Source of the DNA: a virus
Length of the DNA: 64,000 nt
Strand: one strand, 5' to 3'
Virus record (IMG/VR): IMGVR_UViG_3300032308_002010
Location: 96,001-160,000 of that record
Positions within the stretch are counted from its first letter, which is position 1. The number at the start of each line of letters is the position of its first letter. Below are positions 1 through 8,251 of this stretch, piece by piece. Made by a program: the position numbers and the translations under genes. Under the pieces are notes generated by a model. The model searched no databases. It was not told the DNA's origin and saw nothing but the letters and a program-made list of their open reading frames with translations.

Positions 1-463
1 GGTTCCAATTGTAGCGAATTTCGTCGCGCAGTTGTACAAGGCTTCGGGGCGGCAGCTCTACGGAAAACGCACGCTGCTCTAGTGTAAACACCATCGTGGC
101 CGGCGTAAGCAGGCTTAATACGGTAATTACAGCGCCGCCTTCGGGGAGATCAACGTGGGGTTTGATCACCTGTTTTTCCAGATATTGATTGAGTGTGATC
201 GAGTCCGGGCGCTGTTCCACCAGTTTTTGCGTCACAAGCCGGTCTAGCAAAAACTGAAAATGTTCTGGAATCTTGTCCGACAAAATATCATTGGGGTACG
301 GAACTGAAGAACCCCAGCGCTGAATAACATTTCGCGTCTTGGCGTGTCGGCGGGCGTGGCCTGTTGGAATACCCGCTTCGATGTGGGCGAGTAGCGTGCG
401 CTCTTCAACGGGCGATAAAAACTCATCCAATAGCGTAAGCGTACGGACATCAGGTGGAGTCAT
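1..463 (-). CDS. AlkB/ALKBH-like 2OG-Fe(II) dioxygenase (3' end runs off window)
   Basis: Not in the ORF track. Manual translation from ATG at 463: MTPPDVRTLTLLDEFLSPVEERTLL...PDSITLNQYLEKQVIKPHVD...ITVLSLLTPATMVF...LPPRSLVQLRDEIRYNW. This has the N-x-Y, H-x-D, SL and LPPRSL..RY.W motifs of ALKBH proteins. Confidence 0.8.
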   Translation of the reverse strand, partial: MTPPDVRTLTLLDEFLSPVEERTLLAHIEAGIPTGHARRHAKTRNVIQRWGSSVPYPNDILSDKIPEHFQFLLDRLVTQKLVEQRPDSITLNQYLEKQVIKPHVDLPEGGAVITVLSLLTPATMVFTLEQRAFSVELPPRSLVQLRDEIRYNWN

Positions 464-477
464 GCCGGACGCTCATT

Positions 478-852
478 TTATTTAGTGTAGTTTGTAGGGC
501 ACCGCCGATTGTCGCGCATTTCTCGGCGAAACGCTGCCGCCATTTTGCGCACATTACGGTTGTAGCAATGATAGTTTAAAAAATGCCCGAACATGAAATG
601 ACACGATGTTTCGCACAGCGTGATGAGATTACTTTCGGTGAGTTCGAGTTCTGGCGCGATGCTCACCGGAAAAATATGATGCACGGCTAGGTTTTGCGCG
701 CGGCCGCAGACCTCACACGCCGGATGCTTGGCTAAGTGCGCGGCTCGGACTCGTCGCCACTCACTTGCGCGCTGCCGCTGGCCGAGGATGTAGCGCGGCC
801 GGAGCCAGTATGGGAGATATTTTGTGATTGTTGCAACAAGCGTTGAAAGCAC
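478..852 (-). CDS. HNH endonuclease
   Basis: CEVC...VHHI..V...L...NLITLC...CH zinc/HNH pattern; start uncertain. Confidence 0.8.
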   Translation of the reverse strand: MLSTLVATITKYLPYWLRPRYILGQRQRASEWRRVRAAHLAKHPACEVCGRAQNLAVHHIFPVSIAPELELTESNLITLCETSCHFMFGHFLNYHCYNRNVRKMAAAFRREMRDNRRCPTNYTK

Positions 853-971
853 GATTGCACCTCACGACTTCCGCACACATGTTTTGGCTCATAAGGACAG
901 TTTTGGCAGCGACGCCCACAACACATTTCTTGCTGCAATAAAAATTGCCACGACAACGGCTGGCGGCTCAT
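732..971 (-). CDS. small Cys-rich protein, DUF5522-like
   Basis: LLQQEMCCGRRCQNCPY matches the CCGxxCxxCPY signature; ATGA overlap with the upstream gene's stop; overlaps the 5' end of the HNH ORF. Confidence 0.5.
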   Translation of the reverse strand: MSRQPLSWQFLLQQEMCCGRRCQNCPYEPKHVCGSREVQSCFQRLLQQSQNISHTGSGRATSSASGSAQVSGDESEPRT

Positions 972-1321
972 AGCACAGCGGAGGCGTGTGTGAACTTCTT
1001 CTCGTAATGCGAGTAGATCTCAGCAAACGCCACACCCCACGCAGCGTCGTGGGCGAGCTTGTTAAACGCCTCGTCTGTCTTAGCTTCGTCCAGACGATGG
1101 TTCCACGCCCGCGCATGCGCCCACTCGTGGATTAAGACGTCCATAGCGCGCGATTCGTCCAGACCTTTGTCGATCTGGATGTGGAACTTCTTGCCCTGTT
1201 TCCAGCAGCGGCCCTCTAGTTTAGATAGCTTTACCCGGCGCGCGCTCACGGGAAAAGCCGCAGGACACTCGTCTTTGAGCATCCGCAGGAGGGCATGATA
1301 GTACTTAAAACGAGCCGCCAT
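968..1321 (-). CDS. SprT-like zinc metallopeptidase
   Basis: LIHEWAH (HExxH) followed by H-D-x-x-W; GGAGG SD upstream of ATG 1321. Confidence 0.7.
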   Translation of the reverse strand: MAARFKYYHALLRMLKDECPAAFPVSARRVKLSKLEGRCWKQGKKFHIQIDKGLDESRAMDVLIHEWAHARAWNHRLDEAKTDEAFNKLAHDAAWGVAFAEIYSHYEKKFTHASAVL

Positions 1322-1396
1322 GCTCAGTCCTCCTGCCGGGCGTCCTTGCCACAACAGGGTGATTATACTTGAGCTGGCTAGTTTTGGCGGCAGTGA

Positions 1397-2311
1397 TTAT
1401 TCAGCGTTTTTCTGCAGCTGCGCTAATACCCGGGCAGCGCTTTCTTTCACTTCCTCGTCACCCGAGTCTTCCGACTTTTCTTCGGACTTCTCTTCTTTCT
1501 CTTCGCTTTCGGGCTTTTCTTTCTTCTTGCTAAAACTAGCGCCGATGTTCGCGCCGATGTTACCGCCCATGTGAGCGCCAGCGCCCAGACCAGCAGCGCC
1601 GCCAGCCAGTAAACCCAATCCAGCGCCCGGGCCGCCACCAAGGGCGCCGCCACCCAGCGCGCCCAGAATCCCGCCACCAGCGCCGCCAGCAAGGCCGCCG
1701 AGACCGCCGCCGGCCAAGCCGCCGAGCACAGAGAGCACAGAAGCTTTCTTACCTTCCCACGAGGGCTTGCCGAGAGCTGCGTCAGCTGCGGCATAGCCGC
1801 CGACGCCGCCCAACACCGCTCCGGGGACACCCCCGCGAACAACAGAATTACCGAAGTGACTCACTGCGTTTTGCACGCCGGCTCGCGTCGGGCCCATAAC
1901 GCGTGGCGGGCGGGGTCGAAACTTGCCGCGTGTCGCTAACATAGCGAGCAGCGTGCCAAGCATCATGCCGCCGGTCGAGCCAGCACCTGTGCTCAAGCCT
2001 TTTACAGCTCCGCGGCCAGTACTCTCCATGCGCATTTTGATATCGTCGGCGCCAGACACACTACCAGTTGGCGCTGTAACGGCGCCCAAGCCCGCGCCAA
2101 TACCGGCAGCTGCTGGTAGTGTAAAGAATGCTTTCTTCATTTGCTGGCCCATCTGCATCCCAAACTGCTGCGGCGTAATAGTCATTCGGTCACCTGTGGC
2201 TTGCATGGAGTTTTGAATCTTGCGGGTGGCAACGTGCTGCATGATCTTCTCAAACAGCTTGCGCCGCGACAACGCCAGTTCCGTGAGTTTACTTACTGGA
2301 ATCGGCGGCAT
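1397..2311 (-). CDS. Gly-zipper-rich putative internal virion protein
   Basis: Long hydrophobic GxxxG runs; modules begin after KKA motifs; acidic/Lys tail. Confidence 0.55.
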   Translation of the reverse strand: MPPIPVSKLTELALSRRKLFEKIMQHVATRKIQNSMQATGDRMTITPQQFGMQMGQQMKKAFFTLPAAAGIGAGLGAVTAPTGSVSGADDIKMRMESTGRGAVKGLSTGAGSTGGMMLGTLLAMLATRGKFRPRPPRVMGPTRAGVQNAVSHFGNSVVRGGVPGAVLGGVGGYAAADAALGKPSWEGKKASVLSVLGGLAGGGLGGLAGGAGGGILGALGGGALGGGPGAGLGLLAGGAAGLGAGAHMGGNIGANIGASFSKKKEKPESEEKEEKSEEKSEDSGDEEVKESAARVLAQLQKNAE

Positions 2312-4550
2312 TGTCTTCGTCCAGAATACTCTTGCTGGGTTGTTCTTTGGCGTCTGGATATTTTAACAGCCGGCGCTTCTTCTTTGAAAGCGGGCGTTTC
2401 GGCACGTCTGGCGTGAGTTTGAGCGAACGAAACACTGCGCTGGCTTTCTCTTCTTGCGGCGCCTCTTTTGTTAATAACCGGTTGCGGCGCTTGAGATACT
2501 TTTGTAACTCCTGCTCCTGATACGCCTCCAGCATCGTTTTCACTTTGTCTGCCTTGGTGGGGGCGACTAGTTTCGCGGGGTCAATCGCCCAGTTTCGCAG
2601 CGCCCAGCCTCTGCGCGGCGTGGGCTTCGTCGAGAACGGCCCGCCATGGCGCGCTTTGAAGCTCGCCCACCGCTTGATCTGCCGCGTATCTTCGTCGGGG
2701 ATTCTGCGGCCGGAGTTATAGTTCTGGTACCACTCCAGCCAGCCCTTGGGGTCATGCTCCGTGACCCATTCTGGTTTCCATTCTCCTAAACTAGCGAGCC
2801 GCGGGCCTTCTTTTTCGTACAGCGATTTATACACACCCATGCGATGTAACTGGCCGGGTGTGAAGTCCGGCTGGAAGTCTGGTAGCTCAGCCTCCGCGTG
2901 TTTAAAAAGCGCAGGCACAACGCACACCACCTGACCCGGTTCTGCTTCGGTGGTGTGTTTGGGGTCAGAAACCGGAAAAAGTACCCCTCGTTGTGCCTGC
3001 GCAGTTTTATTATTTGCTTGCTGTTCTTGCTCTTTTTGTTTGCGATACTTGTCGCCCTCGTCTTTCAAGATCTTACGGAAGATCTCGTTGAGCTGTTCTT
3101 TTTCGGCCGTGAGGTGTTCGAGCACTTCGTCGCCGGTGCGCTCGCGCTTGTACCCCATGAGCTTACCAATCATGCTCGGGTCTTGGCTGGCGCTTAGATA
3201 TCTTTGGACTTGGACGTTCTTGAGTTCTTCAGGGAGATCTCGATGCGAGTCAAAACGTAAGCCACGACCGCGAGCTTGCTGGCTACGCGACTCATGCCAG
3301 TGCGGGTCTAAGAGCTGAATAAGACTCGTGCCCTTCGTTGACAAGCCTTCGGCGCCAGCAGGGCCAATTAAGAGCGCCCGCAGCTTACCTGTGTTGTATG
3401 CGTCCACGGCAGCTTGGCGCGCTTTTGGTGTGACGCCGCCGTGAAAGAACGCATGCGGGATCTTGGCTTTCTCTAGGCCAGCTGCATAAGGCGCCAAGCC
3501 AGAGTCAATGAAGTTTGAGTAAATGATGGCTTTCTTGCGCTTGTCTTCACCCAGTGTCTTCTGCAAATTCTGGAACGCCGTCTGTAACTTGGCGCTCTGC
3601 TGAAACGCCTTGCCCGGGTCTTTGTCGGCCCGAAACGGCTGTGTACTAAGACTTACTTGGCGCAAGCCAGTTAAGAAGCTATTTAACTTCGCTAGCTCGT
3701 CTTTACTTAACGGAAACTCTTGATCCAGCTTCCACAAGAACCCCGGCGGAATCTTCGTACGAATAGCCTTCTGAATCTTGTCCTGCGCTGGCGATAACGG
3801 CACACGCACGACTTCTTCTTTGACGTCGACGCCTTCAGGAGTCTTGCTGGGCTGATAGTCAACTTTGCCCTGCAGCAACTGGCGTAGCTCTTGCTCGTTC
3901 TTGACGACTGGCTTGACGCCGGGCTTCACGCCACGCAGCCAGCCAAACAAGCCGGGCCGCACAGTCTTATAATCTATGTAGCGCTTCTCAAACTCTTCGG
4001 GTGAGATCTGTTTATTGTTCAGCATCGATAACAAACTCGCCAAGTCCGTGGGCGAGTTTGTGATCGGCGAGCCTGTTAATAACATCAGCCGTTTAGCTTG
4101 CGCGGCGGCTTCAGCAGCGCCCGCAGAACTGGCGCTTCCCGGATTACGAAGTCTGTGCGCCTCGTCCATGATCAGCGTGCCGGGCTGCTGCTGGAACTTC
4201 TTGCCCAGCGCCAGCCCCGTGTAGCTCATGATCTCAGGGTTCGAGTTGCGCGTGAACTTCTTGATCTCTTTGTCAAAGTTGCCGCGTAAGCTCGCCGGGA
4301 CTACCACGCCATACTCTTCGCCGTCTTGCTCTTTGGCAGCTTCGGCGGCAGCGAGCGACGAGAGCGACTTGCCCGACCCTAAGCCGTGATAGACCAGCAA
4401 TCTGGGGTCAGGGCCGGCAATGCGATCGGCGATGCGTTGCTGATGCTCTTGCAGCTGGATCTCAGGCAAAAGCTCAGCGATTTTGTGCCACAGCCCAGCC
4501 GGCAACGCAGATTTTTTCATCGGCTGGTCATCGTCGAGAATGCTGTTCAT
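2289..4550 (-). CDS. SNF2/D6-D11-like SF2 helicase fused to a C-terminal GWxxWY/RQIxRW domain
   Basis: LLVYHGLGSGKS (I), DEAH (II), LTGSP (III), GAEGLS (V), QARGRG (VI); extra domain FQPDFTP...DPKGWLEWY...GRR..DEDTRQIKRW...ALRNWAID. Confidence 0.85.
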   Translation of the reverse strand: MNSILDDDQPMKKSALPAGLWHKIAELLPEIQLQEHQQRIADRIAGPDPRLLVYHGLGSGKSLSSLAAAEAAKEQDGEEYGVVVPASLRGNFDKEIKKFTRNSNPEIMSYTGLALGKKFQQQPGTLIMDEAHRLRNPGSASSAGAAEAAAQAKRLMLLTGSPITNSPTDLASLLSMLNNKQISPEEFEKRYIDYKTVRPGLFGWLRGVKPGVKPVVKNEQELRQLLQGKVDYQPSKTPEGVDVKEEVVRVPLSPAQDKIQKAIRTKIPPGFLWKLDQEFPLSKDELAKLNSFLTGLRQVSLSTQPFRADKDPGKAFQQSAKLQTAFQNLQKTLGEDKRKKAIIYSNFIDSGLAPYAAGLEKAKIPHAFFHGGVTPKARQAAVDAYNTGKLRALLIGPAGAEGLSTKGTSLIQLLDPHWHESRSQQARGRGLRFDSHRDLPEELKNVQVQRYLSASQDPSMIGKLMGYKRERTGDEVLEHLTAEKEQLNEIFRKILKDEGDKYRKQKEQEQQANNKTAQAQRGVLFPVSDPKHTTEAEPGQVVCVVPALFKHAEAELPDFQPDFTPGQLHRMGVYKSLYEKEGPRLASLGEWKPEWVTEHDPKGWLEWYQNYNSGRRIPDEDTRQIKRWASFKARHGGPFSTKPTPRRGWALRNWAIDPAKLVAPTKADKVKTMLEAYQEQELQKYLKRRNRLLTKEAPQEEKASAVFRSLKLTPDVPKRPLSKKKRRLLKYPDAKEQPSKSILDEDNAADSSK

Positions 4551-4564
4551 AGCGGACCGGTGAC

Positions 4565-5413
4565 CTATTTTGACGCATTAATATCTAAATCAGCCACGGG
4601 GTTCGGCCCCAATGTGGCCTGCGCCGCCAACTCACGCTCGTGCTTCTGAATTTCAGATTCTACCCAATCTTTGTACAAACTCACACGGGTAAACGCGCTG
4701 TCGTCGCCGTACGTGCCGTCTGGTTTCCCGTCGGCGTGCGCTAAAAATGAGTTAATTCCCGCTAATTGATTGCCAATGAACATTCCGCCGCCAGAATCTC
4801 CGGGGGCAATCATGAACTCTAGCGGAAACCGCCCTTCTTTTCTGGGCGAGCACAAAACTGTTGCCAGATGCGCGGACAAAAGCTTGTTGTGTCCCGCCCG
4901 GCGTTGATTATCTGTTTTTGTGGCGCCCGTAATAAAGTTTCCAGTTGAGCCCCAGCCCGCAATCGTCACGGCTTGGCCTATTTCATCTGTGTTGCTGTAC
5001 AGCGGCACATAGAACGCTAGTTTGAAGTCTTCGGCTACGTAGCACAGCGCAATATCGTGCAGCCCGATTTTGTCTGCGTTGTAATCTTTGTGGTGCACCT
5101 TATAGACAACGCGATGTTTCTTCTCGCCCACATGGATTACGTTGTTATTCGATCCATTGATGACGTGTGCGGCGGTTAACGCCCAGTGCGGCCGGATGAT
5201 CACAGCCGAGGCAAGCTGTTCGTGGTGTTCGTCGCACTTCGTGCAGTCAATGTCGTTGGTGATCCGCACGACAAAGGGAAACTGCTTGCCAAACTCGACA
5301 TACTTGGCGTCTGGTGTGCTGGGGTCGATCGTGCCGGCCATCGCAGCGCGCGAAGCCGCCAGAAGAATGATCACAAAGCGTAGCAGGCGGGCGCACAGTT
5401 CTTGCACGTTCAT
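4565..5413 (-). CDS. exported trypsin-like (S1) serine protease
   Basis: LTAAHV, DIAL and GDSGG catalytic triad motifs; N-terminal signal peptide ending AMA. Confidence 0.9.
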   Translation of the reverse strand: MNVQELCARLLRFVIILLAASRAAMAGTIDPSTPDAKYVEFGKQFPFVVRITNDIDCTKCDEHHEQLASAVIIRPHWALTAAHVINGSNNNVIHVGEKKHRVVYKVHHKDYNADKIGLHDIALCYVAEDFKLAFYVPLYSNTDEIGQAVTIAGWGSTGNFITGATKTDNQRRAGHNKLLSAHLATVLCSPRKEGRFPLEFMIAPGDSGGGMFIGNQLAGINSFLAHADGKPDGTYGDDSAFTRVSLYKDWVESEIQKHERELAAQATLGPNPVADLDINASK

Positions 5414-5455
5414 GGCAAGCCCCCAGTCTTAGATATGTAAATGTGTCGTGCTATC

Positions 5456-7267
5456 TCATGCTCGTTGTTGTGGCTGTAAGAGTTTCATCGCGTTGGCAAA
5501 CATGTGCGGATCGAGTTTGGGCGGCAGTGGCTTGGCCGGCGGCGCTTTGAGTGCGTTCCCCAGTGCGCCGGCACCGTAGCCCGCCGCACCCATTAATCCC
5601 GTAGCCCCCAAACCCAGCAGCGTACGATTGCGGGCCATTAAGTTTAAGCCTTTTTGCACAATCGGCTTATTCGTAATGCCGAGTATTTTAACACCCGGCT
5701 GCGTCAGGAGCGTGCTGGGTAAGACATCCATGTGCGAAAGCTGCGGTTTGACAGCGCCGACATCGCTGAGCACGGCGGACGGCATCGAGCCGCAGTGATT
5801 GCCCCAGCAGCGCGTACCCTGACCCCGACCGCCAATAAATGGGAGCTTCTGCAGCCACGGAAACCGCCGCCGCAGCATGTTCAGCCCCATGACTTCTTTT
5901 GTTCCGGCGCCGATCGCGGCAGAACTTGCGTAGCCCTTATTTGTCTCGACGTTCAGCGACTTCGCGAGCTGGCTTTCATCAATATGGTCTGCGGCGCGAG
6001 CATAGATCGTGCCGCGGGGCTTTTTGTCGTAATAGCCTTCTGGAAAGAACTGCGAACGATCTTTCACGGCGTCGTCATAGACGTTGTCAATGCCTATGGA
6101 GTCGCTGGTATTAAACTTCCACGGACGTTTCTTGGCGTCAAGGCGGCCACGAGCAATTTCTTTGGCGTTCTCTCGTGACCGTTGCCGCAGAATGTTCAGG
6201 CTCACGCCATTGCGCTCAGCAATCTCGCGCTGCGCGGCTTCCGGCAGTGTCTCGAACAGCTGAAACAACGGATCATGCACTTTATCAAGCGCTGCGCCGC
6301 CGTGATGCAGCGTGGGAATTAAGCGCTCAAACGCCTTGGGTTTAAATAACTTTGAGCGCGCCAGCTGCCCCTGCGGCATACCCACGTCATCAATAGCTTT
6401 CGTGATTTCTTTCGCTAGCGCCGGGGAGGCTTTTGTACCGCGGCGCCGAAATAAGTCTGCGAGCGCTGTGAGCCGTTCTTTCTTAGCGAGGCTCGTGGGC
6501 GAGGCAGGATTATCAGCCAGCGCACGAACATCTGCCTCAAGACTGCGCATCTTGGCCTGCGGCGTGCCTTCAAAGAACTCACGCAGACCGCCTTTGGCTG
6601 CGTAGGTCCCGCCTGTAGGTGTCGTGCGCTCGGTCGTGAGGAAGTTCTTGAAGTTCTTGACTAACTTATCGCGCTGGGCAACAAGCTGGCTGGCGTCAGA
6701 ACCCGTGACTTTGGCCTGTTGAATCTGCCGAGACAAAGCATTTAAGCGCGCCTTCAGCAGGCCGTATTTATCGCCGCCGCCTTCAAACGCCATGTAGCGA
6801 GAAGCGTTTCGGGCGTTACGAATAAAACGTTTGCGGTTCGTCGCGAGTGCGGGGTTGTACACCTCTCCGGCGTCGTTCACTAAGAATGAAAGCGGCGGAG
6901 GTTTGCCGCCCGGGGGTGTGTTTGTGAGCTTGTGCGGCGCTTGGATATACGGCCCCACCATCTGGCCGTGCATGCCCGGGCCGCCTGATGCTGAGCCTGA
7001 GCCCTGAATAAGAAAATTAACAAGTGCGCCGTCCGGGCTGCGCTGCAAACCAGATACGCCGAGATCCCCCGGCTTGAGAGTTCTCAGCATCCGTGCCACA
7101 TCGACATTGCCGTTTGCCAGCGTCCAGTCCGGGGCGTCATTGACCAGCTTGCGATACTTGGGCAGCGTGACGAGGAGATATTCCAGTAAGCTCGCCGCCG
7201 GAAGAGCTGCGCCCGCGGTTGCGCCGATTGGGCGTAAATCTACGCCGTTGTCTTCAGGTGCGGGCAT
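5456..7267 (-). CDS. permuted papain-like (NlpC/P60 YiiX/YaeF-type) enzyme with a large insertion
   Basis: LKPGDLG...GSGSASGGPGMHG near the N-terminus; KGY..AAI.AG...C.GNHCGSMPSAVL..VG...VLPSTLL near the C-terminus. Confidence 0.5.
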   Translation of the reverse strand: MPAPEDNGVDLRPIGATAGAALPAASLLEYLLVTLPKYRKLVNDAPDWTLANGNVDVARMLRTLKPGDLGVSGLQRSPDGALVNFLIQGSGSASGGPGMHGQMVGPYIQAPHKLTNTPPGGKPPPLSFLVNDAGEVYNPALATNRKRFIRNARNASRYMAFEGGGDKYGLLKARLNALSRQIQQAKVTGSDASQLVAQRDKLVKNFKNFLTTERTTPTGGTYAAKGGLREFFEGTPQAKMRSLEADVRALADNPASPTSLAKKERLTALADLFRRRGTKASPALAKEITKAIDDVGMPQGQLARSKLFKPKAFERLIPTLHHGGAALDKVHDPLFQLFETLPEAAQREIAERNGVSLNILRQRSRENAKEIARGRLDAKKRPWKFNTSDSIGIDNVYDDAVKDRSQFFPEGYYDKKPRGTIYARAADHIDESQLAKSLNVETNKGYASSAAIGAGTKEVMGLNMLRRRFPWLQKLPFIGGRGQGTRCWGNHCGSMPSAVLSDVGAVKPQLSHMDVLPSTLLTQPGVKILGITNKPIVQKGLNLMARNRTLLGLGATGLMGAAGYGAGALGNALKAPPAKPLPPKLDPHMFANAMKLLQPQQRA

Positions 7268-7330
7268 AGTGCGGCTGCCGGTTTTGCTAACAATATTTAG
7301 ATATTCTACTGAGCCTTATTGTATTACAAA

Positions 7331-7356
7331 AGCGCTGATAGCTAAACAAAAGCCTG
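7331..7356. repeat. left 26-bp inverted repeat (AGCGCTGATAGCTAAACAAAAGCCTG)
   Basis: 25/26 identical to the reverse complement of 9691-9716. Confidence 0.85.
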
Positions 7357-7400
7357 CAGCCCCGGGGCTTGGGCAGCACCCGGGGATCTGCAGGACTTTG
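7344..7400 (-). terminator. intrinsic terminator after the 236-aa gene
   Basis: CCTGCAG-CCCCGGG / CCCGGGG-CTGCAGG stem followed on minus strand by CTTTTGTTTAGCTATC. Confidence 0.65.
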
Positions 7401-7408
7401 TTACTGCA

Positions 7409-8119
7409 CTAGGCAGCGGCCACGGCGGCCGTACCGCCGCGCATCGCCTTCACCTTCGCCTCAACGGCGGGGAGGATCCGGGCCAGCGTGCTCTTCTCCA
7501 CACCGCCCTCGAACAGCGCGTAGAGCGCCGACGAGGTGCAGAGCGTCGTAGACGCGGCGAACAGCATGCCAGTGGCCTGAATGACAATGTTGGTAGCACC
7601 AAGCTTCGCGGCGACTGCCGCTGCCGTGATGCCAACCACACCGCCGACCGTGAAGCCCACGCCAATCGCAGCAGCAGCCGCGACCAGCTTGAGCATGCCG
7701 GCGTTGATGTCACTCACGTTCATGGAGCTGACCAGCTCGTGAACGGCGGTCAGCGCCTTCTTGGCCTGACCATAGGCAGCGGTCGCCGTCTCCTTCAGCC
7801 AGCCGACCAGCGCCGTGACAGCCTCCTCGAACGCGTTGTACACGCGGCCGAGGAACGACCAGACACCGCTGGCGATCCGCTTGATCGCATCAGCAATGGT
7901 CTCGATCACCGTCAGCACGCCCGACCCGAGGGCCGAGAGCGTGTCGACCACCAGCGAGTTGGTGCGACTTAGCAAGCTCTCATCGGCGAGAGCGCGCTGG
8001 ACAGCGGCGTCGATCTCAGCATCGGTCAGCTCAGGCTTCTTGGCCCGGTTGACCTTACCGACCTTGACCTTCGCCTTCACGCCACGGGTCTTTGCGGGGA
8101 TCTTCTTCGTTGCACTCAT
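7409..8119 (-). CDS. hypothetical membrane protein
   Basis: Basic N-terminus, amphipathic helices, two C-terminal hydrophobic segments; has its own promoter motif and terminator. Confidence 0.65.
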   Translation of the reverse strand: MSATKKIPAKTRGVKAKVKVGKVNRAKKPELTDAEIDAAVQRALADESLLSRTNSLVVDTLSALGSGVLTVIETIADAIKRIASGVWSFLGRVYNAFEEAVTALVGWLKETATAAYGQAKKALTAVHELVSSMNVSDINAGMLKLVAAAAAIGVGFTVGGVVGITAAAVAAKLGATNIVIQATGMLFAASTTLCTSSALYALFEGGVEKSTLARILPAVEAKVKAMRGGTAAVAAA

Positions 8120-8211
8120 CTGAACAGTTCCTTAAACATGAGGACACGATTACACCGAAACCCATGTAATCTATATGGGGGTACCGGCTACACACCGATA
8201 CCAAGGGGGGA

Positions 8212-8251
8212 TCATTAGATATACCCGGCTTTTTGGCTTTATTTAGCTATC
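8212..8251 (-). promoter_or_regulatory. phage-specific promoter-like motif TAGCTAAA-N13-CCGGKYATATYYADTGA, copy 1
   Basis: Forward tcattagATATACCCGG-13nt-TTTAGCTATC; fixed spacing in six intergenic copies. Confidence 0.75.

Noticed and set aside
4565-5413. The trypsin-like protease as the enzyme cutting the K-x-A motifs
   Set aside because: The position equivalent to trypsin Asp189 is Met (EFMIAPGDSGG), so it is not Lys-specific, and the protein has an export signal.
5414-7320. ATATCTAA upstream of late genes as a late promoter
   Set aside because: Only two to three clear cases, and one coincides with a stop codon. Too weak without a genome-wide count.
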